Part shown: piece by piece, positions 43,119 to 55,388 of the stretch
Layout: every line of letters begins with the position of its first letter
Position numbering within the stretch: the stretch's first letter is position 1
Origin: an uncultured virus (IMG/VR IMGVR_UViG_3300009500_000012)
Taxonomy: Duplodnaviria; Heunggongvirae; Uroviricota; Caudoviricetes
IMG/VR virus record: IMGVR_UViG_3300009500_000012
Reading direction: 5' to 3' (one strand)
Length of the DNA stretch: 64,000 nucleotides
Position numbers and translations under genes: made by a program
Notes under the pieces: model-generated
Database searches by the model: none
Told to the model about the DNA's origin: nothing
What the model saw: only the letters and a program-made list of their open reading frames with translations

Positions 43119-43990
43119 ATGATAATCAACAGACTTTTCAAGTTCTAACATTAGTTGACTAACTTGTTGAAGAGTTAATGCAATATTGACTTGAAATAAA
43201 GAATCACCATATGGCGTGAGTTTTAAATTATTAAAAGTAATTTGAACTGCGCCATTATTATTTTCAGGTGCATCGCTTAAACCATATGCACTAACCGAAG
43301 TATCATCAGTATGGTCAAAAACAAAATCACCTACAGCATGAAGTGAATCTAAAACATCTTGATAAGTTTGACAAAGATTCAATCCACAGTCATTATCAGG
43401 GCAATCGCATCCTTCATAGGTTGGTTCATCATACTCTTCAACTGTTTCTAGAGCATTTGGATAAATATTAACTTCGGAAGCATTAATTGTGATTGACATT
43501 TAATTCCTTTATCATTTGAGAGGCTTTTTCATCATCATAGCCTAACAAACAAGAAAGGTCAATTTTTCTTTTAATTATTTAGGTCAATTTTCTCACGTTT
43601 AACTAATTCATAAATTTTGTCTTTATGACAATAAGCTTTGCCTTGGTATGCAAAATTAGCGATTTCATTTTCATGAATGCAACAATTCAATAAACCTTGT
43701 TCAATTGCTTCAACAAAATGATATCCATTAGAACAAAAAGTCATTGTTCTGTTTGCATTATTAGTACCATCAACCCAAGGTCTTTTACATGTTGAACAAA
43801 AAGTTGCTTGCATTTGCGAAACAGATACTTGATATTGTAGGCGATAAAGTAAATCAATTAATTCGCCTTCTAACCACATCAAAATCTTAGCACGTTGAAC
43901 AATAGTATAGGGACTTCCCTTCATTGCAATCAATGCAAGGTCTTTAAGGTGCCCTAAAGCCGCAGTTATTTTTGTAATAGCATCTTGCAT

Positions 43991-44854
43991 TTAAAGTTTT
44001 TGTTTATCTTTCTTAATGACTGGACCTTCACCACGGCCCCATTGTCTAAGTTCTTCTAAGGTGAACCAACCATAATTGTATTTTTTCTGGTCAGAAGGAT
44101 TCAACCAAAATTTAATTTTCCCATCTTGGTCATACTTCGGAGATAAAGCAAAGTAAGGTTTACCACCATAGTATTTTGGAACGTTTTGAGCCAGATAATT
44201 TTCAATTCCGCTATCTTTAACTTCTTTAAGAAGTTTAGCATAAAGTTTATCTGATTGAATAAGTTCCTGTTTATCTTCTTTGGAAACCTTAGATACAATA
44301 ACCATATTAAGGCCCGTCAAAGGTGCAGTATTAAAAACAGAAGTCTTGACTCCAAAAGCAACATCTTTGTTTTTAAATGCATTAAAAAGTTCATGAAGAA
44401 AAGATTTATATTCTTCGTCTCTAGCGAGAATAGCAAATGAATTATTGGACCAAGAAGCTGCCATTTTAGAGCGTTCATAATCTTTGGATGAAGAATAAAT
44501 ACGAGGAAACTCATTCAGTTTTTTAATACGTTCGGCACGTTCTTTGTCAGAAAGAATAGACCAATCAAAATAAGTATCAAAAATCAAAACTAAATCTGTA
44601 TGTTTTGATTTTTGAAGAGTTTCATAATCAACTTCCCAATAAGTATACTCGAATAAATGCAATCTTTGAGGGTCAAATACTGTAACTTGGCGATTTTGTA
44701 TGCCAAAACCTTTATCATTTTTTATGCCAAAATAGTATTGAATATCTTTAATTCCAAATTCATGTTCAGCAACGAAATCAGCACCTAAAGAAATACCATA
44801 GGTGGTTCCATCTTCATATTTGATAAGTCCTTCGCCTCTACTAGACTGTCGCAA
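43991..44854 (-). CDS. Conserved phage hypothetical (LGADFVAEHEFGI...FWLNP...GWFT)
   Basis: 287-aa ORF with GGAG SD. Confidence 0.7.
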   Translation of the reverse strand: MRQSSRGEGLIKYEDGTTYGISLGADFVAEHEFGIKDIQYYFGIKNDKGFGIQNRQVTVFDPQRLHLFEYTYWEVDYETLQKSKHTDLVLIFDTYFDWSILSDKERAERIKKLNEFPRIYSSSKDYERSKMAASWSNNSFAILARDEEYKSFLHELFNAFKNKDVAFGVKTSVFNTAPLTGLNMVIVSKVSKEDKQELIQSDKLYAKLLKEVKDSGIENYLAQNVPKYYGGKPYFALSPKYDQDGKIKFWLNPSDQKKYNYGWFTLEELRQWGRGEGPVIKKDKQKL

Positions 44855-45366
44855 GATTTACTCCTTCGAGATAAGTTATCATGGAGTTATTCTACCATTC
44901 TTTAGAAGTTACTGCAAATGGAAAAAGAGGAAGTGATTTTTTAATCCTTACTTCCTCTAAATTTTATGACCACTTTAGGACTAACCAAATAATATAAAAT
45001 TGCTTCTTGGTCTGAATAATAATCTAAAGTTAGATTTGAAATAACCTTCATTTGTTCTTCTGTAGCAGCAATGTGTACAGGTATCATTCTTTCCTCAAAC
45101 AATTCGCCATTAGGACTAACCCATTGGCCTTTTGAAGGTGCCATAATAGTAAGACCATTTGTAATGGCCCTAACCTTAACATCCCAAACTTTATGATATC
45201 TTTTTCTATATGGCCTACCATTATTCCTAACAGTAGGAACAAAGATGCACCACATGGCCAATCCCAAGTCATTCATGATATATGTTTGTATATCATATTT
45301 AATTAGTTTTTGCAAATAAAGAACATATAATAAACATTATACTCAGATTAAGAAGAGGTATTTACA

Positions 45367-46071
45367 TTGAAAAAAATTCTATCGTTTCTATTTGCAGCAA
45401 TCCTATTATTTTCATTAGGTTCTACATCCAATGCCCAGCAGGAAAGTCCTGCAATAAGAATGGCTGAAAACATAAGCGTTACCATTCTTGGTGATGGTAG
45501 AACAGTAAATTCTGAAACAAACGAAATTAATTTATTTAAAGAAAGACCTTATTGTTCTGGGTTTGTATTAAAAACCTTTGGAACAAAACAAGTCATCCTA
45601 ACTGCAAGACATTGTTTGGTGATTCTTAGTTCTGAATTTTCAATTATTGCTAAAAAAGTACATTTCTTTGATGGAGATATAGGTATAGTCAAAAAAATGT
45701 ACGCTAGCCCCGATGATGATTTTGGAATATTGCTTGTCGAATCAAGACACAAACATTTTGTAGAAGCCAAATTTGCAGATGTAAAATATATATCTCAACC
45801 TTTGTTCTTATTTGGCAATGCTAATGGTATTCCTTGGTCTTATTCTTCAGCAGTATCAATGAATGGTAATGTTGAAATTGAAACTGGTGATGGTTATTTA
45901 ATTCAATTAGAATCGCCATCTGGATATAATGGTGATTCAGGTTGTGCGGCTTTTGATATGGAAGGTAATGTTGTTGGAATTACTGTTTATAAAACAGACA
46001 ATGCAATTTTTATTGTTCCTAGTTCACACATTACCAAAATAACAAATCAATTAAAATACAAGAAACATTAA
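45367..46071 (+). CDS. Secreted trypsin-like serine protease
   Basis: Signal peptide, CSG, LTARHC, GDSG. Confidence 0.85.
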   Translation: MKKILSFLFAAILLFSLGSTSNAQQESPAIRMAENISVTILGDGRTVNSETNEINLFKERPYCSGFVLKTFGTKQVILTARHCLVILSSEFSIIAKKVHFFDGDIGIVKKMYASPDDDFGILLVESRHKHFVEAKFADVKYISQPLFLFGNANGIPWSYSSAVSMNGNVEIETGDGYLIQLESPSGYNGDSGCAAFDMEGNVVGITVYKTDNAIFIVPSSHITKITNQLKYKKH

Positions 46072-46683
46072 TTATTTTGTATTCATTAATTCAATAAGTT
46101 CTATTTGAACTTGTAAAACAGTTTTAATATTTTGATATGCTTCAGATTGTTCGGGGTAAAGTTTTCTAGCAGATTTTAAAGCCGGAAGAATATAAGTTTT
46201 AGTTTCATCTATATAAGACATTTGCTTTTCAGATGTAAAAACACCGCCCATAGTTTGATGATTATGAATTCTATCGGCACCTTTTGCGATGGATGCAATA
46301 GGACTTAAACTAATTGCTTTATAATAACTTTCTTTTGGTTTTTTAGTACCATCCGAAAATTTATTAGTCATTAATTCAATTTCAAAAGCAATTTTTTCAC
46401 CAAAAATATTTTTTACTTCTTGCAAAGAAAATTCAGTATCTTCAACCAAATCATGTCCAAGAACACAAGTTAGAGTTTCTTCAGGATACATAAGATTAGG
46501 TAAAGTACGAACGTAGTTCGCTTGTGAAATTTGATGTTGATATTCAGGCATAACACCATCTTTACGAACACCTGTATGATACTGTAAGCCAATATCCATC
46601 ATTCGTAAGGCTCTATAATAACCACGACCTTCTAACCAACCTCTAAGGTTAACGCGGGTCGATTCATAATTTTGATTTCTCAT
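46072..46683 (-). CDS. HD-domain phosphohydrolase (RelA/SpoT hydrolase, Mesh1-like)
   Basis: H.G..RK...Y..H, HDLVEDT, K.ADRIHN. Confidence 0.85.
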   Translation of the reverse strand: MRNQNYESTRVNLRGWLEGRGYYRALRMMDIGLQYHTGVRKDGVMPEYQHQISQANYVRTLPNLMYPEETLTCVLGHDLVEDTEFSLQEVKNIFGEKIAFEIELMTNKFSDGTKKPKESYYKAISLSPIASIAKGADRIHNHQTMGGVFTSEKQMSYIDETKTYILPALKSARKLYPEQSEAYQNIKTVLQVQIELIELMNTK

Positions 46684-47087
46684 GTTATTTTCTCATCAAT
46701 CTTCTATTATCAAAAGTTCTTTTAGGATAAATTTCGTTTAAAATGCAATTGTGTTCTTTTAATATTGTATAATATCCGCATTGATGACAACGCTCTGTGC
46801 GACCTAATAATCTTGCAAAGAAATTAAAGAAAATTTGTTCTTCTTCTAATGGATTTTCAAGACGAATCTTATTGTAAGCTAACCAAATAGACTTAGCACC
46901 CGGTCCAAGTTGAACCAAATTGATTGAATTATTGTTATTTATCCAGTTAGATTTAAACTCCTCTGTATGTTGTTTGCCATGCTCATACAATTCGTCTAAA
47001 GCAACCAATAAATCGTGGTTAGCCATACCACTACTATAGCACTAAGAGATAGTAAATGCAAATTTTGTCAAGTGCCTTTACAAATTC

Positions 47088-48164
47088 TTAATATGGGTCG
47101 CGATTTGGTCCAGGATTACCTATTTTATTGACATTTTCATCAGAAGGATACCATCCGTTTTTCCAAAAAACTCTATCCTTATTTACATGGCCTTTACGAA
47201 CATATTTTGCAAGGCTAAACCTAAATTGTCCATAATCAAAAGAATCTGCAACTCGAACAACATAACCTTCATGTCTATCTTGAAAAGGCTTAAAAGATTC
47301 TTTAACTTTTTCTTCATCCCAAATATCATCATAGATAACAGGAACAGTTACTAAATCAAGTAACTCTGCAAATTCAACTGTATCATCCCAAGAAAGTGCT
47401 TGGTTCTTATCATTCCAAATTGAAAACAAATAGAAAAAAGATTCTAAATTAGAATATCGAATGGAATGATAAGCATAAAGATTCTCACCACATAATCTCA
47501 TCCCAGATGGAATATCATAAGCGATTCTACCATGAATATTTCGCACATGAGATTGACTAGGGTGTGAATCTCCATCTAAACTACGAGCATGAATTGCATT
47601 GTTATACATCGTAGTATTTTCACCATCTAATTTCAAAGTGACAATTACACGACGACCTACAAAATGGTCACAATTTTTTAATGCACGGTCATCTTTTGTC
47701 ATTCCAGGCGACCAAGGTAAATGAAAACTACGAGGATATTTAATTTTTGTTTCATACAGATGAAGGACCTTTCCTTCTTTTAAAATTCTCTGTACAGATT
47801 CATCGTAAAAAAGTTCGCCTTTTGAACGAGTACCATTACCATTAATAATATCACCCCATTTTGTATAAACGTTATCATCATACAAATGAGAAGGCAAAAC
47901 AATATCTTTTATTCCAATTTTTTCTCTTAAATCTTCACAAGAAACAAGAGTTTGTTCTGCCAATCTATGACAAGCATTACATACAGAAGCGCCATTATCA
48001 ATGAAATAACCACCAAATTCTTCAGGTTGATTAAATAATCGCCTTTCAATTATATGATGGACCTCGGTAGCAGGTTCTTTTTTACAGTTAACACAAATAC
48101 CGCCATCCCTTTCGAGACAGCGTTCTCTGAATTCAGTACGTGTTAACAGTTGTTTATTCTTCAT
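47088..48164 (-). CDS. HNH domain-RNA ligase fusion
   Basis: N-terminal CxxC/HHII/CxxCH; KYPRSFHLPWS, KLDGEN, EGYVVR, AKYVR. Confidence 0.85.
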   Translation of the reverse strand: MKNKQLLTRTEFRERCLERDGGICVNCKKEPATEVHHIIERRLFNQPEEFGGYFIDNGASVCNACHRLAEQTLVSCEDLREKIGIKDIVLPSHLYDDNVYTKWGDIINGNGTRSKGELFYDESVQRILKEGKVLHLYETKIKYPRSFHLPWSPGMTKDDRALKNCDHFVGRRVIVTLKLDGENTTMYNNAIHARSLDGDSHPSQSHVRNIHGRIAYDIPSGMRLCGENLYAYHSIRYSNLESFFYLFSIWNDKNQALSWDDTVEFAELLDLVTVPVIYDDIWDEEKVKESFKPFQDRHEGYVVRVADSFDYGQFRFSLAKYVRKGHVNKDRVFWKNGWYPSDENVNKIGNPGPNRDPY

Positions 48165-48514
48165 TATCTTTGGAAAATTCGACTTCTTTTATCTGAATTC
48201 CTTTTATTCCGTGCGTTTAAATACAGCATCATCAGGAACATCAATTTCTACAAGCATAGAATATTCATGTTTTCTGGAAATTCTAATGGGCCAATTAGGA
48301 AAATTAGTTTCTTCGTCTCTTAATCCAATTGCAAAAGACCAACAACCATCATAAATGACAGAAATTTTTAGTCCTGCCCAGTCTGATTGAGAAGTAACTT
48401 CAAAGGTCCCCATGATATTCTCATGAGAATTTGATGGATTAAATTCATCTGTTCCTTCTAATCCATCAAATTCCATAAGGTCATCACTTTGACCATACAT
48501 TGTTAAAGTTTTCA

Positions 48515-49621
48515 TTATTTTGGCAAATCTTCTTCGAGTCTAAAACCTTTACCTCTACCGAAACGAGGTACTTTTCTATCATCTGTAAAACCATTAAATT
48601 CAACAGTAAGCATTTTACCAATATATTTATCGGCTTCAAGAAGATAGCGTTCTTTTTCTGATTGAGTACATTTAGGTGTCACATCAAATTCTTCACCTCT
48701 TGAATCAACACAAACCCAAATAGCAGCCTTTTCAAATTTACCTTTACCAGTTTTAACTCCAATAACTTTAAATTCACCATCTTGAAAGGCTTTAACTTTC
48801 AACAAATCATACGAACGATAACCGTAAGTATATTGTCCTTCCCATAGACGAACAATGCCACCTTCATAACCTTGTGCTACAGCATCATTATGAGCATCAT
48901 ATACGCCTTGTTCAGAAGTGCAAGTATAAGTAGGAACAAGTTTAACTTTGTCAAATTTATTAAAGTTATTAGTATAAAAATCACTTAAAGCGGCAAAACG
49001 TTCTGTCCACGAAAGAGAATCTTCACCGTTAACCATTGGCATATCATAAACATGATATTCTAATTTTGCAGTATCAGGTTGATTACGCTTAGTCCAACTC
49101 ATTAAGTCTTGAAAATCCTCACCATGAATATAAAGTTCCCCATCAAGAATACAATCTTTGGGTAAGAATTTTTCAAGTTCACGGTTAATGTGTTGTGGAA
49201 CTAACCATTCTCTAGCACCACGCGATGTAAGAATTACCTTATCTCCATCCCATCGAGCAAGAGCGCGAGCGCCATCTAATTTAGGTTGGAAATCACATGG
49301 ATAGACAACATTTTTATTTTTGCGCTTTTCAAAATCTTGGGCCAACATTGGCTGAATTTCTTCTTCCTGGGCCTCCGAAGGAGAAAGGCTATACTTCCGG
49401 GTAACTTTATGCTTATGCATTGCCCTAGCCTCTTTAAGGGCCTGTTCTGAAGCAGTTGTAGCGTTTGCTTTACCTGTATTTTTAGGAGTTGCTTTCTTTA
49501 CAGAAAGAACTCGTTTACCATTTACTTGTCCTGTATCACTATAAATGGTATCACCTTCAACCCAAATTTTCCAACTGTAAAGCGCACCATTTTTCCCAAG
49601 ATGATAAAGTTCAGGAAACAT
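48515..49621 (-). CDS. lig: ATP-dependent DNA ligase
   Basis: PMLA, QPKLDGAR, LDGELY, EGGIVR, LLKVK, OB domain. Confidence 0.92.
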   Translation of the reverse strand: MFPELYHLGKNGALYSWKIWVEGDTIYSDTGQVNGKRVLSVKKATPKNTGKANATTASEQALKEARAMHKHKVTRKYSLSPSEAQEEEIQPMLAQDFEKRKNKNVVYPCDFQPKLDGARALARWDGDKVILTSRGAREWLVPQHINRELEKFLPKDCILDGELYIHGEDFQDLMSWTKRNQPDTAKLEYHVYDMPMVNGEDSLSWTERFAALSDFYTNNFNKFDKVKLVPTYTCTSEQGVYDAHNDAVAQGYEGGIVRLWEGQYTYGYRSYDLLKVKAFQDGEFKVIGVKTGKGKFEKAAIWVCVDSRGEEFDVTPKCTQSEKERYLLEADKYIGKMLTVEFNGFTDDRKVPRFGRGKGFRLEEDLPK

Positions 49622-50831
49622 ATCTAATTTTCTCCTTTTTTAAAATAAAGCGTTAAAATTAACAGGACAAGTATAAATATGCCAAATAAAATCACCACCA
49701 GATTCTTTTACAATGGTTAATTTTTCAGCAATTTTTGGAACTTTAAATGGTGTACCTGTGCCAACAACAAAAATATAATGTGCATCAAGTTCTTCTTTAG
49801 GCTTGAAAGTCACATTATCAACAGGAATGCGAGCGTAAATCCTAATAATATCATCAGGAGTACCAAATTTTGACCAATCATTTTGGCTCTTGGCTCCAGA
49901 AATAACTCCACCTTTTGGTATTTCGATGATATTTTGAAAAGGATATCCTACACCATCGAACTCTGTTTTGCGTTCAATCGGCTTTATGACATATCCCCAT
50001 TCAACATAAGTTATGCCTGGATAGGCTCTTGGTTTGCTCATGCATGTATTATAACAATGCAGAATAGTTAAGTCAAATTATTGGCTTAATTACTAAAGAA
50101 ATTTCGTTTTTCTAGTTCTAAAATATTATTATGAACGTTTTCAAATTTTACCGTTTTATTTACTTCAAGTTCTGACTGTGCCAACATGTTGGCCCAACGC
50201 AATCTGTTTGTATACAGACAATCTTCATTACCAAGTTCTTCTGGAGTTAGGTCAATATTGAGTTTGATTCCATGAGTTAGAGCATCCTGCCAACTTTTTT
50301 CTCGCGATTTCCATTGCGATTCCGTAAGGTTATCGGGCTTTGGTGGGACATATGAAAACTCTTGTGCTTCTTTTTCAATAACTTCGTGAAAATCTTCTAA
50401 AAAATTGATTCCTCGTCCTAAAATGTAAATATGATTATTATGAAATATTAAAAGGATGCCAGCAGAAAAATTGGTTTTTACATATTCTTCGTTCTTAGTG
50501 TGCTGGTCAAATAACTCAATTAAAGCATCATAACGATTTTGTATTAAATTTTTATTTATAATAAGCGGAAGACCATCAGCACCTGTGGCTTGCAATAACA
50601 ACTCGGCAAATGTAGAATAAACCCACTTAGAAGTAGTCGTTATAAAGTTTTCTTTCAACGAAGCGATTGCTTCCATGATTTTAGCCCCTTTGCTTTTCGG
50701 ACACCGATAAGCGTCGGGTATGTTTATTTCCATCGGGAATCCTCAAATTACCACTACTATTCTAATGGTAGCAAATACTTGTAATAACTGGAAAATAATG
50801 GTAAAATAAAAAAAACTAGAAAGAAGGAAAA

Positions 50832-52100
50832 ATGACACTCAGTTTTGTGAAAGCCATCGCTGCGGATATTCAAGCAGCCGGTGGTCATGCCTATTATGTT
50901 GGCGGATATGTTCGTGACAACCTTCTCGGTATTCCTTCTAAGGATATTGATATAGAAGTTTATGGACTTTCTTCAAGCATTCTTTTTCAACTTTTAGAAC
51001 GATATGGTTCACCTAAATATGTAGGTGAGTCTTTCGGTGTTATTAAACTGCGCTTGCCTAATGGTCTTGAACTTGATATTTCTTTACCTCGTAAAGAGAA
51101 GAAAAATGGTCGAGGTTACACAGGATTTGACGTTGAACCAGACCCTTTCATGCCAAAATCAGAAGCATGTATGCGGCGCGATTTTACCATCAATGCTATG
51201 ATGAAAGATATTTTATCTGCAGAAATCATTGATTTTTTTGATGGCAGGAAACACCTTCTTGAGACGAAAACGCTGTCTGCGGTTTCGGAACGCTTTGCAG
51301 AAGACCCTCTTCGTGTATTGCGGGCTATGCAATTTGCTGCGCGTTTTAATCTTAAAATGGACGAAAAAACTGTTAACATGTGTTCATCTTTACTTTCTGA
51401 ATTTGATACTATCAGTAAAGAAAGATTATTCATTGAATTTCAAAAATTGATTCTTAAAGGTGCCCCAAATATCCGAAAAGGGTTTGAAACTTTAATTGCG
51501 ACAGATTGGATTAAGGCTTTTCCTAACTTTAATCAATTTGTTCTTAATAAAGGTAACAAATTTTGGGACAAGGTTGAAAAAAGTACAGAATCAATGTATA
51601 TGTTTGAAGATGAAAACCTTGAACGCAAAGATGAAGATTTAATTGTTATTTTCTTTGCTACTTTGTTTTCAAATGAAGAAAACATTGATGTTAAAACTAC
51701 TTTAGAAGAATTAGGAGCGTATCCTGATATCGTCAAGCGGGTTACTCATCTTGCAAAATTAGATGCAAAGCCTTTTAACGAAGAAGATGAATCTTCCGTA
51801 AGAATTTTTGCTTCTGAAATTCATCCTGCTAATATTAATGAATGGTATGCAATCCATTTTAATGATAAAGGAAATGAACATCTTTCAGATTATATTCGTA
51901 AAATTGCTAAACAGAGAGGCATTTTATTCAAAAGAGAATCACCAATTTTAAATGGTGATGACCTGATTGCATTTGGTATTCCACCGGGCAAAAAACTTGG
52001 TAATTTTTTAAAAATTGCTTATATTGAACAACTTAACGATAGATTTAATAATCGTTCGGATGCTCATGAATGGTTGAAAAATAATACTATCTTGGAATAG
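50832..52100 (+). CDS. cca: CCA-adding tRNA nucleotidyltransferase
   Basis: VGGYVRD..DIDIE, RRDFTINAM, EDPLRVLRA..FAARF. Confidence 0.92.
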   Translation: MTLSFVKAIAADIQAAGGHAYYVGGYVRDNLLGIPSKDIDIEVYGLSSSILFQLLERYGSPKYVGESFGVIKLRLPNGLELDISLPRKEKKNGRGYTGFDVEPDPFMPKSEACMRRDFTINAMMKDILSAEIIDFFDGRKHLLETKTLSAVSERFAEDPLRVLRAMQFAARFNLKMDEKTVNMCSSLLSEFDTISKERLFIEFQKLILKGAPNIRKGFETLIATDWIKAFPNFNQFVLNKGNKFWDKVEKSTESMYMFEDENLERKDEDLIVIFFATLFSNEENIDVKTTLEELGAYPDIVKRVTHLAKLDAKPFNEEDESSVRIFASEIHPANINEWYAIHFNDKGNEHLSDYIRKIAKQRGILFKRESPILNGDDLIAFGIPPGKKLGNFLKIAYIEQLNDRFNNRSDAHEWLKNNTILE

Positions 52101-53467
52101 AAAATAAAGGTATTATTACTTGAAAATCAACAAGTAATAGTCCAATCAAAACCATTAATGAAGGTGTTAAATAATAAATACTATCTATCACCTGTTGATT
52201 GTTTTTTTCGTTCAATCCTTTTATCAACATTTCAAGAGGAAAATATACCAAAAATAACGTAGCAAATGTTGCAAATAAAACAATGAAAATAATTAAACTA
52301 GCCATGTTTATGATTATAACAACTTAGATACCGGATTTGCAATATCTCTTCGTAAATGTTACCATAAATGCATGGAATATCCAGAAGCAGATTTAAAACG
52401 CCCCTTACTAGAACCCGAAGATGTTGCTCGGAGAGTAATTGAGGAAAGTATATACCCAATTCTGAAAGAAGCAAAAATTGTTCTCATAGATTTCTTTGCA
52501 AATAAAAGTAATGATGTATATGAAGAAGAAAAAGGACTTACATTAACAGCAAAACAACGCAAATTACGTTTTGACCACATCAAAAGTAAAGCGATGCAAG
52601 AGTTAATGTAAAAAAGAGACAGTTGAAAAGCTGTCTCTTTTTCATTCTTTGCGTTTCTAAACTATCGTTTTAATATAGCTAATTCGAATTCTTTTTCTTT
52701 GATAAGTTCATCTTCTGATAACCATTCAATGTTTATGATACGTTCTATTCTTTTAGAATCTTTATCAGGTTCTACTTCTAATGGATAAGTTTGGCCTTCA
52801 AAAATTAATTTATCACGTAAACTACTAGGCATTCTATCTCCGCCCTTGTGATTAGAGATTTCATACTTATAAAGTTTTAAGACTTCTTGATTTGTTAAAT
52901 CACTTGGAATAATATATTTTCTTTCATAAACTCTAAAATCATAATCTTCTGTGCTTTTAAGTTTTGCAGCATTAGGAGAATAACTTTCAAACCTTTTAGA
53001 CCATGTAGATAATTGAACTTGAGACATTAGTTTATCAGTTTTTTCTTTAATAGCTAATTTTTTTAAATTAGAATTAATTAATTCTTCCATTTTTTCTTTT
53101 GGGATTGGTTCGTTGTTTGTAATATGATAATCCCAAATTCTGTATTGAAGATGTTTATCAATGTCAGGAATCAATGGGCTTACTTTATCAGATAAAAATT
53201 CTTCCGTACTTTTATACGGTAAACTTCTTAAAAAAGTAGAAGCCTGTTCTTCTGAGTTTTGAAGAATTTTAGTATGATTTTGTTTAATTGTTTTAAATTG
53301 TCTTAAGTAAAAACCTAAGAAACCTGCTATAATGATAGCAAGTGTTGTAAGTATTATATAAATAATAAAATCACGCACCTTTCTATAATGCATCTACCAC
53401 TTGATTGTATTTGACAATTCTGGAAAAAAGTGGTATATATAAAGTATACAACAAACGCTAAAAAGAT

Positions 53468-54088
53468 ATGAAAAATAATAACAAAATAGTAGTCACAAGG
53501 CATTTAGACCTTATTAATCTCTTATCAGATATGGGTTTAGTTGACGATTCAACCCCTGTGCTACTACATGCAAATGCAGAAGATATTACAGGTAAAGATA
53601 TTATTGGAGTTGCTCCACCTAAACTTGCTGTATATGCAAATTCTGTAACTGAGGTTCCTCTTTCAATTCCTAAAGATTTAAAAGATATGTGGGATGGAGA
53701 ACTTCCGTTAGAAGAACTAAAAAAATGTGTTATTGGAGAACCTGTAACTTACAAAGTTGAAAAACTTAATACACGCGAAGATTTTTCAGAAGCAATTATC
53801 ACAACGAGAGCGGCGACTTTTCTTCAATATCTAGTACGAGAAAATATTATTGAACGTCGAAGCAAACAGCATCTTGATGCTGTAGATAGACAGTTTACCT
53901 TAAAAGAAGAAATAGAAGGAAAGCCAGTTTTAGGTCATTTGCCATATCATTTGGCTCAATATGCACTTGATGTAACTTCTTTGGTTAATTTGTATCCATA
54001 CGAATTACGTGCTAAGATGCATACATATGAACTTACAAAACAATATACACAAGGATTGTTTACATATAAAGTAAAACAGATGGACTAA
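53468..54088 (+). CDS. Tandem Csx16 (VVA1548)-like domain protein
   Basis: Two repeats of (V/I)xTR(H/A)...I.GK..(I/L)G..P..LA...TYKV. Confidence 0.65.
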   Translation: MKNNNKIVVTRHLDLINLLSDMGLVDDSTPVLLHANAEDITGKDIIGVAPPKLAVYANSVTEVPLSIPKDLKDMWDGELPLEELKKCVIGEPVTYKVEKLNTREDFSEAIITTRAATFLQYLVRENIIERRSKQHLDAVDRQFTLKEEIEGKPVLGHLPYHLAQYALDVTSLVNLYPYELRAKMHTYELTKQYTQGLFTYKVKQMD

Positions 54089-54864
54089 AAATCCATCTGT
54101 TTTAATTTATTAATCACTTCTTCAGCAGTAATTGTTTCTACACATTTATGTATACGTATTGCATTTGGGTGTACACCCCAACGACCTTGTAATTCTAAAA
54201 TTAGATTTAAGGTGTCAACGGCAAAACTTATATGAGATAATCCGGTCACAACTGAAAGAACTAATCTTGCTTTTGATATTATGTAAGCTACTTGAGGCAA
54301 CGGTAAATCAAATATTATATTGCAATTTTTTTCATTTATAAATGGTTCATCATGTTTTGATGTTCCCATTAAAGCGAATCTTAAATTTGGAAATGCTTTG
54401 ACTAATTGTATCCATTTTTCATTTTGCCATTTTTGTTCTTTTGGTAAAGAACGGCTAAATGGGGCTAAAATAATATCATAAGATTCATGCTCTATAGGGT
54501 CTAAATTTAGTGCTGCTTTAGGAGCAGCATTTGGAATTGGTAAATCAAAAAATGGAAAGTGTGCCTGCGACATATAATAACGGTCGGGATTAGAGGCTAA
54601 TCTAAATGCACCTTCTAAATCAAATCGGTATTTTGTAATATAAAAATCAGGTTTATCTACTCTTACTATGTTGTAATCTTTAGAAATTAAATCAAATAAA
54701 TATTGATTGTTTGCCGAAGCTATTACATTTAGTTGCTCGTTTTTTGATAGTTCCATCATTACGGGAATCGACCCTACGAAATCACCAATAAGTGCGATAT
54801 CATTTTCTATAATCATCTTTAATATCCTGTAATGGTATTTATAAATGACAAGATATTTAGTCAT
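54085..54864 (-). CDS. GT9 (heptosyltransferase-like) glycosyltransferase
   Basis: IGDFV...P, K.W...W..L, VTGLSHI. Confidence 0.75.
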   Translation of the reverse strand: MTKYLVIYKYHYRILKMIIENDIALIGDFVGSIPVMMELSKNEQLNVIASANNQYLFDLISKDYNIVRVDKPDFYITKYRFDLEGAFRLASNPDRYYMSQAHFPFFDLPIPNAAPKAALNLDPIEHESYDIILAPFSRSLPKEQKWQNEKWIQLVKAFPNLRFALMGTSKHDEPFINEKNCNIIFDLPLPQVAYIISKARLVLSVVTGLSHISFAVDTLNLILELQGRWGVHPNAIRIHKCVETITAEEVINKLKQMDF

Positions 54865-54932
54865 TCAATTTGATTATAGAAAAAAGGACTCCTGATATAA
54901 TCAGGAATCCTTTTCTGTTGCTAAAGTTTTAT

Positions 54933-55388
54933 TTAGAAAACTCTAGTAGTTAAACTAACTCCAACGAAACGGTTAGATTTTGCACCAGGTACATCCACAG
55001 CGTTATTAATTACTGCATTAGATTCAACTAAAGGAAGAGTACCAGCTTCGGCTGTTACACTAGTAGAACGAGAAAGACGATAAGTGCTTCCTAAATCATA
55101 AGTGTAAACATTGCCATAAAAACCATTAACTACAGAACCAGCACCGCGAGTTACATTCGTTCCAGTTTGGTCTGTGAAAAATGACCATTTCTTGTTCAAG
55201 TCTAGAATTAGACGGGCTGATAAGGTGGTAAGATTGATTTGATTCTGAAAGACGTTGTTTTCAGCAGCATAACCACCTGTTACATCTAAATGAACCGCAG
55301 GGGTTGTTTCGTCAGCCATAGCAACGACAGGTGTACTTACAAATGCAACTGCTGCAAGAGCAAGTACGGAAAGAATACGTTTAAACAT
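54933..55388 (-). CDS. Exported small beta-barrel-like protein
   Basis: Signal peptide, alternating beta pattern, C-terminal Phe. Confidence 0.55.
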   Translation of the reverse strand: MFKRILSVLALAAVAFVSTPVVAMADETTPAVHLDVTGGYAAENNVFQNQINLTTLSARLILDLNKKWSFFTDQTGTNVTRGAGSVVNGFYGNVYTYDLGSTYRLSRSTSVTAEAGTLPLVESNAVINNAVDVPGAKSNRFVGVSLTTRVF

